DNA of 64,000 nucleotides from Eledone cirrhosa (lineage: Eukaryota): NCBI GenBank assembly GCA_964016885.1, contig OZ024741.1, positions 347,324,001-347,388,000 on the forward strand, in the 5' to 3' direction. Below are positions 11,904-26,235 of the stretch, piece after piece. Position 1 is the stretch's first letter. The number at the start of each line of letters is the position of its first letter. A program made the translations under genes and the position numbers. Below the pieces are notes generated by a model that saw only the letters and a program-made list of their open reading frames with translations, did not search any database and was not told where the DNA came from.

Positions 11904-14900
11904 CAGTTGCATTTATCTTGCTTCATGTTCATACGAGTTATCACCAACTCACAACCAGTGACCTCAAGAGACAACAAGGTCCGCCATGTTCAAGAAAGAA
12001 CATACATATTCACACATGCATCTTTAGTGTTTAGACTTGTGATGTACTTATATTGACAGAATCTTCCTTAGTATATGGGCAGTTCCCATTAGTACTATCT
12101 TTTGTATTTCTCCTATACGCGGGTTTCCTGGGATTTGCGATAAGTAATCATTAGACCCCTTAGGTATCATTCCCAGAGCGCCTACAACCACTGGTATTGT
12201 TTTAGTTCTCAATTTCCACATTTTTCCAATTTCTATCTCCAGGTCCTTATACTTGCTAAATTTTTCAAATGTTTTTATAGATACATTCTTGTCTATTGGA
12301 ACAGACATATCAATTAGCAGGCATACCCTCTTTTGAAAGTCCTTCAATATTATATCAGGTCTATTTGCATCTATTTTTCGGTCTGTTTGGATGCTAAAGT
12401 TCCACAAGATTGAGATGTGATCTTTTTCAAGTATGGGAGGTGGTTGATGCTCCCACCAATTCTTTTGATGGGGCAGGTCAAAATGCTTACACATTATCCA
12501 ATGTATGTATTGTGCAGCTCTGTCATGCCTGTTTAGGTATTCGGTTGGAGCTATAGGACTGCACATTGAAATTATATGGTCAATGGTCTCTGGTTGTTTT
12601 TTGCATACACGGCATAATGGGCTGCACCCATTTTTTATTATGTTGGCTTGGTAATTTTTTGTTGGCAGACACTGATCTTGTGCCGATATAATCAGTCCTT
12701 CAGTCTCCGATTTCAGTCCAGAAGATGCCAACCACTGATGGGTTAAAATTTTGTCAACATCAGGATTGTTAGCTCGCTCTGGGTATTTTCCATACAGAGG
12801 ATTTTCTTGCCATTTCTTAGCCAGTTTCTGTAGCAGTTCTTTCTTTGCAGTTACTTTTACCTGCTTTGCTTTTTCTGTGATTTCCATTTCAGCAGTAAAT
12901 GGGACTTCTGAAATTTGTAGTCCATTACTGTATCTTTGTGCATCTTTTGTAATGGAATATGATCTTTTGATGCTTTCGTGTTTCAAAACGAGTTTGATCA
13001 TCCAATCATGTGATTCCCTTAGATATGTAGATAATCCAATTGTTGTAGTTTTCAACGCAATGTCTAACTGGATTAACCCACGTCCTTCTTATTTCCTAGG
13101 GAGATATATTCTATCTATATCTGCCTTAGGGTGATGCATTATGTGCATGGTTAAGAATTTTCGAATTTTTGTATCGAGCCTACGGATCTCTGTGCTTGAC
13201 CAGTTGATGACATTGTAAGTGTAGGTTACTACTGGTATGGCAAGCGTGTTTATGGCATCGATCCTATTCCTTGCATTCAATTCCGTTCTTAAGATTGCTC
13301 TTACTCTGCGGTAACATTCCTTCCTTATCCTTTCCCTCATTGTCGAGTGCTTGATTCCGTCTCCTTCACAAACACCTAGATATTTGTAAGTTTTTTCTTG
13401 ATCAAGTTCTCTTATCACGTTCCCCCGATCAAGATTAATGTCTGAACTCTTCAGCAGCTTTCCTCTGGTGAACGTTGGTTTGGTGCATTTATCTAGTCCA
13501 AACTCCATTTTAATGTCATCACTGAACTGCTTCACAGTGGATAATAGCCCTTGCAATTGTTCATCATTTTTTGCAAATAGTTTCAGGTCATCTATGTAGA
13601 ACAAGTGATTAATGGTTTTGTCATAGACTTTATATCCATGTTTTGTTTCATTGAGCATTTTACTTAATGGTATAAGTGCGATGCAGAATAAAAGCGGTGA
13701 TAAAGAGACACCCTGAAAAATTCCACAATTAATATTAACTTCTCCAGCTTCCAGTGATTTTGTTTCACTATTCAAAAGGAGCGTCGTTTTCTATGTCTTC
13801 ATACTGTATGACAAAAACCTTCTGACAACGGGGGATATTTTGAAAATCTCTAAACATTTTTGAATCCAACTGTGTGGCAAACTATCGAATGCTTTTTTAT
13901 AATCTATCCAAGCAATTGATAGATTTTTGTGTCTATTATGACAATCTTCCAGTATAATTTTGTTAAACAAAAGCTGATCCTTACAGCCATATGACCCTCG
14001 TTTACACCCTTTCTTCTCATTGGGAAATAGGTCATTTGTTATCAGGTGGTCATATGTGTATTCAGTTAGGACTGATGTTAAAATTTTATACATTGTGGTC
14101 AAGCAAGTTATCGGTCTGTAATTTTTGGGATTGTTTGTCTCATCATTCTTCGGAAGCAGGAATGTAATGCCGTTAACTAGACATGATGGTATCTTTTCTG
14201 GCTCCTTAACTATTTCATTGTAAAGTTGAGCTAAGAGCTCATGAGACTCTGTGAAGGCATTTATCCAAAAGTTTTGTATTTTGACTTTTCCTGGGGATTT
14301 CCATTTGCTGGTTTTTCTTAGAGCCAAGCGCAACTGTTCAACTGTTATATTTTCCCATGTTTGTTCCTCAAGGTGAGCTGTATCTTTCATTTGTCTGTCT
14401 GTCCATGGTGCATGTATGTTATGAACTTTTTCTTCGGCCCAGATCTTTTCCCAGAATTCTTGCACTTCCTCTTTGGGTGGTATTGATTTAGCAGTTATTG
14501 TTGACTTACCAATTTTTCTGTAGAAGTTTCTTTGGTTGTTTTTGAACATATTATTGTCCTTATAGAATCTAGATCGTTTTTCAAAGCGCCTTATACGAGC
14601 AGCTTTGGCCGACACTTTTTGTTTGATTATTTCTATCAGCATGTCTATGTCACATGTTGATTTTATACTGTACTTCTTTTTCCATTTTCTAAGTTTAGTT
14701 TGTTTAACATATTCACCTACTTTATAGTTTGTTAAAATTTCTATGTCAGATCGGAGAAGGTTTATTTGGCGATTGATGTTCTCTTGCCAAGTAGATTTCT
14801 TTGGGAATTCCTTTGTTTTTACATCTTCACTCCACATAAGTGAGTGGTGACTTTAGCCGATGCATAATAGAGATGATTTAAATCAGTAATGTTTAGTTTG

Positions 14901-15935
14901 TTTGTGATGATAATGTTTTTGAGAATTATGTTAGTATTGTGTATTATCTTTTGGTTCTGTTTGGAGTTCTGGATCTTAGGGAGGGTGTCTCGTTGCCCCA
15001 TGTCAGATTCTTTCATTTTCATCCATTCGATCATAATTTCATCCTTCAAGTTGGCAAGTTCATTCTCATTCATTTCTTTATCATTTACGATCTCATTATT
15101 TTCATTTGGAGTTTCATCCTGTGCATGCACTCCCTCCACTTTTTCGATCCTTTCTTTAATTTGTTCTGTTGCCAGTGATTCCGCCCCAACCCTGGGATCC
15201 GAAGTGTTACAGTTTACCTCGTTTTCACTGACACATGTTTCATTTTCCCTTCGCTGACCTTGTGCTAATAGCTTGAGCTGATCAATTTCTATATCAGTTA
15301 GTAACTTTTTTCTTAAAATATTTCTTCGTATATTGGCTAGTTTGTTACTGTCAATATAGCCTCTGTTTTCGGGATGTTTCTTTTTCCAGTTGATATATGT
15401 CTGTTCTGTATTCGATGTATTTGATGGGTAGTACATGGCAGTGTAGAAAGCCTCAAGGACTTCTTTATTATCTTCCCTTGACCATTTTTCTCTCTTTTTC
15501 TTTGGATTTCTTGGTGGTGAGCATGGAGGGCCAACAGTAGGACTATTCCGGTTATAAGAGGTCTCCAGCTCCGAATTGTTGGGAAGGTTTGAACCATCAG
15601 CTGATTTTTCGACCCCAGTCTGGTTCCTCTCTGAGGGACGCGGCCCTTTTTTACCCGGGTGACGGCCGATCCGGTATGAAATTTTATCATTAGACATTTA
15701 CTTTATTTTGTCGCGTTTTATCCTTATCCGCCAAGGGGTAATCATTTCGTGTTACCACTTCTAGAACGAGTGTCAACCAAGACTAGAGGGGTCGTTCTCC
15801 CCTAGAGACACGGCTATTCCTCGCCGGCCGCCATCCCGGTATTTCTTGGTCACGGGGTTTTCTTTTTGTTGTTTTTTTAAATTGTTATTATCATGAGTGG
15901 TTCCTTAATGTGTGCATTGCGTGGCTTAAGAATGA
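11903..15935 (-). mobile_element. R4/Dong-like LINE family B copy 1, near full length, few disruptions
   Basis: ORFs 14819-15697 (KWSREDNKEVLEAFY N-terminal motif), 13791-14837 and 13089-13775 (RT: [24 protein letters not shown]), 12048-13055 (CRVC..HIISMC, RHD, RPDIIL..DMSVP). The 3' end abuts (TTA)n. Confidence 0.92.
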
Positions 15936-16682
15936 AATTATTAATAATTGTCTCCACTCCAGGTAGAAGGCCAGCAATCACCCAGTGCATTACAATAATA
16001 TAATATACTTTTTGTTGTAGTTGGCTGTTATTGTTGTTGACTATGTCGGTGGTGGTGCCGGGGCTTTTTATATTGTTGGTGAGGAAGGGGTGAGCCAGCA
16101 GTCCCATAGTTGTTGATGTTGACGTTTGGCCGGTGGCCAGGTCACTAAGTCAATCTATTTATATCTTTGGCTAGCCTCTCCCTTGTCTAGTGATACCGCC
16201 ACCTTCCCCTTTCTCTCTCAAGTTAACAGGGGAATAGTGGTGGTAGCAATGAAGGAATGGTGGCGGCGGCGATGGGATAGTGGTAGCAATGATGGATGGG
16301 GTGGGGTGGTGGCAGCGGTGGGATTGTGGTTACTGATATGTAGTATCTATGAGTTTGTGTTCGTATGTTTAATATATATTTTTCTTATATATTTTGTTGA
16401 CATATTCCCGTAAAATTAGAATTAAACATTTTTTTAAAATTTGAGACAATAATAATAGTAATTATTATTATGATGCTGGTGAAATTGCCGTTATCTGGCT
16501 GTTATATTTAATGTGATGGGATAGGTGGTGTATCAAGTTTCTGGTGTTGGTGAAATTGTTTTTATTTGGCTGTTCTATATAGTGTAGACAGAGGGTGTTT
16601 TCTTTCATTTATAACCATTTTCTTTTTTTGAATACAAAATATATAATACACAATTGAATATTTGAGCGATACAACCATATAA

Positions 16683-16740
<58 letters not shown>

Positions 16741-16741
16741 T
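16683..16741. repeat. (TTA)n microsatellite next to the assembly gap
   Basis: Read directly from the sequence. Confidence 0.95.
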
Positions 16742-16756
16742 ACATTAAACTATATT

Positions 16757-16956
16757 NNNNNNNNNNNNNNNNNNNNNNNNNNNNNNNNNNNNNNNNNNNN
16801 NNNNNNNNNNNNNNNNNNNNNNNNNNNNNNNNNNNNNNNNNNNNNNNNNNNNNNNNNNNNNNNNNNNNNNNNNNNNNNNNNNNNNNNNNNNNNNNNNNNN
16901 NNNNNNNNNNNNNNNNNNNNNNNNNNNNNNNNNNNNNNNNNNNNNNNNNNNNNNNN
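16757..16956. other. Assembly gap (200 N)
   Basis: Run of exactly 200 N, a typical arbitrary scaffolding gap size. Confidence 0.98.
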
Positions 16957-17050
16957 CCAACATATGCGTACAGATGTACCCTAATGCTAGCAAATACATA
17001 AGTTATGTCATAGTACCTAGGTGGTTCAATGCAGGAGGATGCAGAACAAT

Positions 17051-17676
17051 TATATGAAAGACGTAAAATAAGAAAATTTTAAAAATTAGAAATTAACTTA
17101 CTAAAATTTTCACTCAAACTAATTAGTTTATGTAATGGGATAAAGATAGTTACGCACTGTAACCATCGAGAATTCATAACGTCATCAGGGAGTCTATTCT
17201 CAGCTAAGTCTCCAGGTAATGCGCGGACACTAGGGACTCATATAAAAATAATAATAATTCGGTGGATGGAACAGCTAGCGGGGACTGAATTCCAAAGCAC
17301 TGAAAAAGTTCACTGTCTCTGGTCAAATGGCAGATTCTAAAGAATCAATCACGTGACACTGAGGCTAGTCGGAAGGAGTGGGGTGGTAAAATGACAAAAG
17401 CCTAATACCACTACAATGAGTTAGTAGTGGATTTGGCAGGTTTGCTCAACAAATAAATAATTTGGAGATAAATATAGAGAATTAGTATATTTACCAACAT
17501 ATGCGTCCCTGGAGACTTAGCTGAGAATGGACTCCCTGATGACGTAATGAATTCTCGATGGTTACATTGCGTAACTATCTTTATCCCATTACAGAAACTA
17601 ATTAGTTGGAGTGAAAATTTTAGTAAGTAAGTGAATTTTTAATTTTTAAAATTTTCTTATTTTACGTCTTTCATAT
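17051..17676. repeat. Fold-back element with ~165-bp inverted arms (17051-17216 / 17508-17676), PLE pLTR-like
   Basis: Arms are reverse complements and both contain CCCTGATGAC. The right arm runs into (TA)n. Confidence 0.8.
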
Positions 17677-17696
17677 ATATATATATATATATTTAT

Positions 17697-17731
<35 letters not shown>

Positions 17732-17787
17732 TTTTGCGAGGTTTTTGATATGAAATCGTGTGTCGAAACAAATATTTTTATACTTGG

Positions 17788-18281
17788 GGAGGGTCATTTT
17801 GTTGTAATAATGTTGCCAGAATTAATAACAGAACACACTCACTGTTTGGTTGGTTTTCGCTTCTGTATCTCTTATATAAGTTAATTTACTCGGTCCTCAA
17901 TGTTTACCATTGACTGACCAACGGTCAAAAATACAGATATAATATAGACACAAACACATATATATATATATATAGTCTTACAAAGTTCTTTCGTTGCACA
18001 AACAGATTAAATAAAGATGTCGTAGACATACAATACAACAGGAGGAAACATCATATCACCACTGACGATGTTTCAGATGTGCAACGAAAGAACTTTGTAA
18101 GACTATATATATGTGTTTGTGTCTATATTATATATGTATATTTGACCGTTGGCCAGTCAATGGTAAACATTGAGGACCGAATAAATTAACTGATATCAGA
18201 GATACAGAAGCGAAATCCAACCAAACAGTGAGTGTGTTCTGTTATTAATTCTGGCAATATTACGCAAATATGACCCTCTCC
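17788..18281. repeat. Fold-back element with ~205-bp inverted arms (17788-18000 / 18078-18281), PLE pLTR-like
   Basis: Arms are reverse complements. CTGACGATGTT..AACGAAAG hammerhead-like core at 18062-18090. Followed by (TA)n. Confidence 0.8.
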
Positions 18282-18558
18282 ATATATATATATATATATA
18301 TATATTATTCAAAATGTTAACAAATATGAAAAATATTCGCATAATCAAAATATATACTTTATTATATATATTTCAAAAGTACCGTGTTGTTTTTTTCGTA
18401 CGTGCTCATCAGAAAAAATATATGATTTGATATATGACATACCTGCGGTCTTGAATATTCATTTCCAGTATTGGCAGGAAAACCTTTTTTGTTGAGTGCT
18501 TCTAATCTATTGTAAAATTGTATTCGCTGAGTAATCAACGAACCATAGTAATATTTGG

Positions 18559-18559
<1 letters not shown>

Positions 18560-18629
<70 letters not shown>

Positions 18630-18918
18630 GTGCTTGTATGTATGTGTATGTATATATATGTCTGTGTATATATTTATATATATATATACATGTATATATA
18701 TATGTGTGTATATATGTATATATATACGTATGCGTGTGTATGTCTGTGTATGTATATGTATATATATATGTATATAGATATGTATATATATATGGATATA
18801 TATATATATATATACATATATATATGTACGTATATATGTGTATATGTATGTACGTGTATAGATATATATATGGATATATATATATATACATATATATATG
18901 TACATATATATATGTATG

Positions 18919-18950
<32 letters not shown>

Positions 18951-19300
18951 CATACACATGTGCGTGTTTGTGTATATGTGTGGATGTACGCGAACGCCGA
19001 TATGTGTCCTTTTATGCGTGTACGTGTGTGTGTGCGTGCGCATCTGCGTATGTGTGAGACCGTATGTATGGGGGTATATAGGCAGGCGCCAGTGGACGTA
19101 TGTGTTGGTGTGTATATGGTTGTGGGTGTGTGCGTGTATGTGTAAAAGAGGGAGTGTGTGTGTATATGTATATGGGTGTCTATATCTACATATGTGTGCG
19201 TACATATGTGTACGCATATATATGTATGTGGCTGCATGTGTGTGTATGTATATGTGTATTTATATGTATGTGTGTGTGTGTATGTGTGGTATATATTTGT
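18560..19300. repeat. Compound TA/TG/TATG microsatellite
   Basis: Read directly from the sequence; it produces spurious YI/CV ORFs. Confidence 0.9.
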
Positions 19301-19648
19301 GAGCGTGAGCGAACTTGTGAGATACCAAATCCAGCATGAGTCCATTAAAATGTGTCGGACGGAGAGTAGCTGATGGCCAGTGTGGCAGCAAATATTGACC
19401 AGAATTTGTGATGAAGTAGAAAATCAACAGCCAATGGCACGACAAGAGTGGAAGATGTTTTTTGAAGGTGTTTTTTTTTAAGCTAACACACCCGTGAGAA
19501 CATTTGCTCCGAAAGCATTGCATGTGTCCGAAGAATCCGCAGTTATAGAATCAAACAGATCCATACAATGATCATGTCTCGAGCTATCTGTCGGCGAAAC
19601 AATTGTAACACGCAATAAACTGAGTCTAGAAGCATCACTGATTTTTCG

Positions 19649-19755
<107 letters not shown>

Positions 19756-20070
19756 TGGGTATAAGAGTGTATATTTTTTACGAGTGTGTGGGAGTAAAGG
19801 TTTTATATATATGTTTGTGTGTGTGAATGTGCACGTAGACACCTGAAAATAGGCATTGTTGGCTTAAGCGAACCTTAAAAATAAGGAGTGGCACCCACAG
19901 TTTGAACTTGTTTATAGAATTATTCTGCCTTTGTTACTCTAATTTAGCTTTTAAAGAATTAGCTTTTCTGTAAACCCATGAACCAATGACCTCCACCCAT
20001 CACAATCACCACCTCCTCCTACAACCGGAGAAGATATAAATACCACCATATTACTTGGAAAGTCAGCCAC

Positions 20071-20196
20071 CTGATGATTTCTCACGAATGAAACAGTTCA
20101 AGTCCTGTAGAACCTTTCTATATTAAATAGTTATACTCTGCTTTGTATTGAGTGCCTTACTTACTGTGGTTACCCATGATTGAACCTGGTATAAAC
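20071..20196 (+). mobile_element. Short hammerhead-bearing element, family G (5'-truncated at the ribozyme core)
   Basis: CTGATGATTTCTCACGAATGAAACAGTTCAAGTCCTGTAGAA plus a tail shared with the copies at 40697, 43141 and 52231. Ends at (TA)n. Confidence 0.75.
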
Positions 20197-20211
20197 TTAT
20201 ATATATATATA

Positions 20212-20556
20212 TAGAGAGAGAAGATAACACACAAAATAGAGTGTGTATTTATCAGGTTACAGGGAATACCACTTATGTGTGTGTGGCACCTATAAATCAT
20301 GAAAGGTGAGGTAGAAACATTAAAATTAAAAATATAAATTAAAATGAATTTACCCACCTCTATAACCATATATCACACAGAGAGATTGTTTCACTAGAAA
20401 ATTAATGTTTGGATTGAACTCACTCGGTTTTAATTCATATTTTTAATTATAATATTTCTACCTCACCTTTAATGGTTTATAGGTTCCATAAGATAGTGGT
20501 ATTCCCTGTAACTTGATAAACACACACTTTCTATAATGTGTTTTTCTCTCCTATAT
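20212..20556. repeat. Diverged fold-back element (arms ~20212-20345 / ~20427-20556)
   Basis: TTTATCAGGTTACAGGGAATACCACT vs AGTGGTATTCCCTGTAACTTGATAAA; AAAGGTGAGGTAGAAA vs TTTCTACCTCACCTTT. Confidence 0.75.
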
Positions 20557-21673
20557 TATATTTAAAGAGCCCAGGATTCCTTTCCCTTTGAGGTGATGAA
20601 TTACAGGAACTAATGTGTGGCGGAGTATATATCAACAAAGTTTGACATAAGAAGCATTGAAAAAATATGAAGTTTGAAATGAATTCGACTCAAATAAACT
20701 GACCGGAGTAATATCCGAATACTCTACATAATATATTTAGTAAAACGGGATAAAGTAATCCTGGAAATGATATCAAGGGTACTTGCGAAGATTCGAACAC
20801 TAGAACTCTTCGTAGGCGGATGAATACGATACCAAATCTCTAAACACCTTTGAAAAAAAGCTCACCCATAAATACATTACCCCAAAATTCCGCCAATCAC
20901 CTTCTTTACAATACTAGCCACTAGGATAAAATCCTCACAACCATGTCAATATGTACGTGTGTTTGTATTTATGTGTGTATATATATGTGTCTAACTGTGT
21001 GCCTCTCTGTGTTTTACTGTTTGGTCTGTTCTCATATTCGTGTCTGCATGTGTGTCGATTTCCGAATTTTGATTGACTTGGATTGAAAATCCTTTATACA
21101 AGTCTTACGCCCCTTAAGCCACCGTTTTAACAAATCTAGAGCAATAAAATATGACTCTGGTATTGATAAGATCTATTAACATTGTTTTAATGCTGTGCAA
21201 CATATTGGCTTCCTTCTAATCTCAGAAGAAATTAAAATAAAATGTAAACTAAAATAAAAGTGAAAATGTTTTCAAAAATGCCTTACAAATTGGAATTAGT
21301 TATATTCCAACGAACCGAAATAACATTTCAAATGAATGATTGTATTATAAGCAAATATTCGAACATACGTTTTGATTCTATTGAAACGAACATCTCAGTT
21401 GAAATAATTAGTTCCATTCGATTTCATTATCAGATAAAACCAAAATATTTAAAATGTGAAATGGAAAAAAAAAAAATTAAATGATAAAACTAAAGATAAT
21501 TACCATCTATCTGATATCTCATATTGTTAGACTTTGAGTAAACCGAATTAAAATGGGAAAATAATTTTATAATCAACAAAGTGAAAGTATTTCTTGTCAA
21601 AAGGACGAACGTGGAACTGAAAGAAAATTATACCATTGGGTACAGATATTTTTATATATATACACACACACAC

Positions 21674-21776
<103 letters not shown>

Positions 21777-21886
21777 AGAAAAACTACAAACCTCCCATCT
21801 CAATTCTACTTTTGGAAAGCATAAGAACTGTGAAACCCGTAAAGGAAAGAAAAAAATATTCTTAAAAAGACTCTAGTTGCATTTTC

Positions 21887-22207
21887 GATATCATATCGGA
21901 GAAACGGAGAATCAGTGTAGCGACGAATACAATTTATTAGACGTATTACAATCGTTTCTCAGGCGACCTCTGCTTCGTAGAATCGAGACGTATCTTAGGA
22001 CCTCCCGATTTCAGAGTCAGGTACGATCATTGCATCGATGGTGCCTAGAGCTGGTCGTCAGAGGAACGATTGTAATATCTCTAATAAATTGTATTCGTCG
22101 ATACTCTGACTCTCCGTTTCTGATGTGATATTATACTCTCCTCTGTAAGAGCATCGAGTGCTCAAACGGCCTACCGCTTACCAACGCTTTAAGCATTCCA
22201 CACCAAT

Positions 22208-22208
<1 letters not shown>
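21887..22208. repeat. Fold-back element (arms ~21887-21968 / ~22053-22131) with an unpaired 3' tail ending in (TA)n
   Basis: CGACGAATACAATTTATTAGA vs TCTAATAAATTGTATTCGTCG; AGAAACGGAGA vs TCTCCGTTTCT. Confidence 0.75.
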
Positions 22209-22305
<97 letters not shown>

Positions 22306-22821
22306 TATATCAAATATATAGCAAATATATAGCAACACTAGAAGATTAAATTTTAAGAGCGAAAGCAGCGATTCTAGCCTTAAACTTTAATCTGTTATTT
22401 TAATATATATATATATATATATATACACATGTATATTCTGAAACACAACCGTGCACACGTACACCCACAAACACAAACATTTACATGTATAAATACAAAA
22501 AGACCACCACGTACCAAAACTGTCGTAGCAACGACAACTGCGCATCTACTGACAGGATCCGAGTGATTAACATTCACAATTGTCTCCAGCCATAGTGCAT
22601 GTACAATATATCATTACGATATTCTGCCCTAACACAAACATGTGACATACTATCGGCACACATAAGGGTCCTAGATGGAGCAACCTTCCACTGCAGATCC
22701 CACACCTCATAATATGACCTTTCAGGTGTTGAACATTTATGTGACAGTGCTATGTCTATATTTCTTTATATTCTTTCACTCGTCCCTCCGGATATATTTC
22801 CATGTATTATTTCATGTGAAG

Positions 22822-23007
22822 GGCGGTGGATTGGCAGTATCGGTAGAAGATCGGACGCCATGCTTTCACGAATAGAGTTACGTCCCTTGTCATTCTGAGT
22901 TCAAATCCAGCCGAAGTTTAGTTTGCCTTTTATCCTTACGGGGTCGATAAAATAAAATACCAGTAATGCACTGGGTGATTGCTGACCTTGCGCCAAAACT
23001 AGAAACA
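22822..23007 (+). mobile_element. tRNA-derived SINE
   Basis: Homologous to the 5684 copy. TSD-like ATTATTTCATGT at 22806-22817 and 23008-23019. Confidence 0.9.
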
Positions 23008-23043
23008 ATTATTTCATGTCATTTTTTCATATAATTTCATTTA

Positions 23044-23562
23044 TGCGCGTGTGTATGTGTGCGTATGTGTGCGTGCTTTTGTGTGTGTATGTAAGTATGT
23101 GTGTGATCTATGTTTTCATGTCATTTCTTTTATGTAATTTCATTTATATGTGTGTGTTTGTGTGTGTGTATGTGCGCGTATGTGTATGTGTGCGTGTTTT
23201 TACGTGTGTGTGAAAATATGTGTGTATGAGTGTGTGATTGTGTGTGTGTATATGTGTGTGTGCGTGTATCTGTGTGCATTATGTGTGCGCGTGTGAGTCT
23301 GTACAGGTATGTGTATGTGTGCGTGTTTTTTATGTGTGCATGTAAGTATGTGTATGTTAGAGTGTGTGTATGTGTCTGTCTCTCTGTCTGTCTATGTGCA
23401 TATGTGTATATGTGCGTGTCTTGTTTGTGTGCGTGTGTCTCTCTCTATACATATGTGTATATGCGTGTGTGTGTTTTTTGTGTATGTGCACGTATGTGTA
23501 TGTGTGGGTGCTTTTCTGTATGTATGTAAGTATGTGTATGTGTGTGTGTGTGTGTGTGTGTG
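23044..23562. repeat. Degenerate (TG)n/(TATG)n microsatellite
   Basis: Read directly from the sequence. Confidence 0.9.
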
Positions 23563-25574
23563 GTTGTGTATATTCTTAAGTATTGTACCTAATTGGTATT
23601 ATAATTGACCCTGCAATTTAGAGTTAGAATAGAAAGCATTAGGTTTATTACAGGGGTAGCGCTAACTAAAAGTAGTCAAGAAGGTCAGCTAATTAGAAAT
23701 CAAGATGATGCGTTTGGGAATGGCAGAGCAACTGATGTGCATGTGGCGAGATTGGCGTGAGTTTAATTCTCCAAAGCAAAACTGTAAGGTTGCATTTTCA
23801 AAGCTACAGAGTGTACCGTTACACACGAGGGGACGACAGCCGCTTAATGGACCCGAGTTGTGAAGGTATGGCGTGGCATCAAAGCCGCAATCTGGGCTTC
23901 GGTAGTCTACAACGTGTGCATATTAGTCGATCCAAAGCAAATATATGCGGTTTTTTGGCAACACCTCACTCATTTTTTGGGAGCTGACTTCACTGGCTAA
24001 TTCAATGGCTATAGGCCAAGAAAGGAGAAATTTGCGAAAATCCAATATTAGTCGCTAAACTAGGGGGATGCAATTAGTAACTGCACGGGGGCAAATTCGC
24101 CTGATTAGCTTATATGGTCTACACTACAAGATTTACTCGTATATGCCGATTGCCTTAATTTGACCTTGGTTTGCATTATGTCTTCTTTTGCCTAACCCCG
24201 TTCTTTCTTTATTTATTCATTTCATGCTATTCTTTCTTTCCTCCGTCAGCCTATCTTTTTTCCTTCTTTCCTATTTATATGTTACTTTGCCACACACGCG
24301 GGTGTAATTGTAAACTAGGCATATGTCCTTATATCGTTCAACTAATCCACGAGTAAGATAAAAACATACACTTCGTATTTCCTCATCTGAAACCGTAACC
24401 GATATCTACTAAGATAATTAGTGTTGTAGAGATTCATATTCATACATAAATTTATCAATTAAATTATCTATTAAATTATCAATTTATCAATTAAATTATC
24501 AATTAACTACATATCGGTTGTCCGTATGAATTAGAAGTGCCTCTTTTAATCTAGAATCATAAAGAGGGTCAAGTTTTTCTTTTAAAATATATAGATCGTA
24601 AACAACTTACTTCAATAATGTAGCATCCCTGACATTTCAGATAGGCTGATCCAAAGTACTTTCTGTTAGCTTATTCGGCTGCATATTTTTTGGATCACAG
24701 TGATACCGAAGGACTAGATTTAGAAAGAAAGTATATAGACAATAGATGACACTGGAGCTATATATTTTAGTAGGGAGAGTATTGTTATAGTCATTCTGTG
24801 AATCTATTTCCCGATACTATTTTACACAGACAGAAAATACCTGAAAATAAAATATCTGTCAATGAATACAGAGCTATCACACTGTTCTACATATTCATTA
24901 GTTTACTACACCTACATAAGCACAGGACTTAAAGCGGCTATGATGTACGGTAACGTATCGATATGTCCTTTCGTATTGACTTATATTCTAAACACAGGAC
25001 ACAGCCAAGACCTCCTATTTCCACATAATGTTTTTAAATATAAAATTAACAATATAAATAATATAAAATTAAAATAAATTTCAAAAAGATAAGAATATTG
25101 TTTTCCTTGTGTTCTGTAGGTTTTCTTCTTAGCGATATCAGTTGATTTACATACGTATTTTATATTCGGTTCGTTGTGTTTATTTAACTTCTAGATTTAT
25201 TAATGTTTTGCAAAGTAAACATCGTTTGTTTGTATCGATGTTGGTGATTAAGATGATTCAAAATGTAATTTATACTGATAATGTCACAGAAGCCTTAAAC
25301 GACTTTAAAGAACAATTCATGCGAAAGTACGTTATTGTAACAGATGTCTGATAATTTCAATAAGTGTATAAAAAATATTTGGCAAGCGTATCTTTGAATT
25401 GATTATATATATTGAGAAAAATATTTTCTTAAAAAATTTAAGAATTTGCAAAATTGAAAAGAAAAGGAAACAATAATGACAAGTAATCATACCTAATGAC
25501 TGTGATGATAGTGATGTCGAATGTAATTTGTTATTAATGAGAATGATAATGATGATGATGGTCATATTGATTTT

Positions 25575-25952
25575 TGATTTTGGCAAAAGGGCAATACATT
25601 TAGGGGAGGGGAAAGTCGATTACAACGAACCAATTGCGTTACTGGTACTTTAAATAAGAAAGGTAAAGCTAACAACGGCGGGATTTAAAATTATAAGGTA
25701 AAGGGCCATGATTCTTTGCTGCAAAGCAGGGTGTCCGATGCTCTAATGATATTGCCAATCCAGAGCCAATAATACTATTAATAGTTTCTGATTTTGGCAC
25801 AATTTTGGAAGTGGGAAAAGTCGATTAAATCGATCTCAGTGCTGGGCCTATTTATTATCAACCCCGTAAGCTAACCTCGGCGGGTTTTCAAATACGAACA
25901 TAATGGGCCGTAATACTATGCTGCAGAGCATTTGGTCCGACGCTCTACCGAT
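25575..25952 (-). mobile_element. Two adjacent degenerate SINE copies (long subfamily)
   Basis: Two successive matches to the SINE reverse complement (..TGGCA-AAGG..GGGAAAGTCGATT..; CTCTACCGAT). Confidence 0.7.
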
Positions 25953-25954
25953 TG

Positions 25955-26235
25955 AAGTGGATGAAACATCATATTTACAAGGAGTCTTGACCGCTCTGTA
26001 GGATCTGTGGAGAGCAAGAACAAAACTGCCGCTCACATCGCATCCCAGTGTACATATCTAGCCCGAACTCATTATAACGGATGGAGGCATTGTAGCATAG
26101 GAAAAGTGATGCACTGGCATTGATGCTAAAGTCGTAATTTACACCATTCATAAAAGTGGTATGAATATGAGCCAGAGTAAGTGATAGAAAACGAACAAGT
26201 GAAGATGCTATGGGATTTCATGATAGACAGATAAA
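25955..26235 (+). mobile_element. R4/Dong-like family A fragment (CCHC/RLE region), degenerate
   Basis: Collinear with ~1745-2025 (ATATTTACAAGGAG, GGATCTGTGGAGAG, AATTTACACCATTC, CTATGGGATTT). Confidence 0.8.

Noticed and set aside
16745-16999. ORF spanning the N run
   Set aside because: Artefact of the assembly gap.
17525-17580. Complete hammerhead in the 17051-17676 arms
   Set aside because: CUGAUGA is present, but I could not build a GAAA core with consistent stems I and III.
20560-20930. Possible decayed PLE endonuclease fragment
   Set aside because: No intact GIY-YIG motif is readable.
23640-24130. Possible CR1/Jockey-like LINE 3' remnant on the minus strand
   Set aside because: Only faint motif similarity; it cannot be supported without a profile search.
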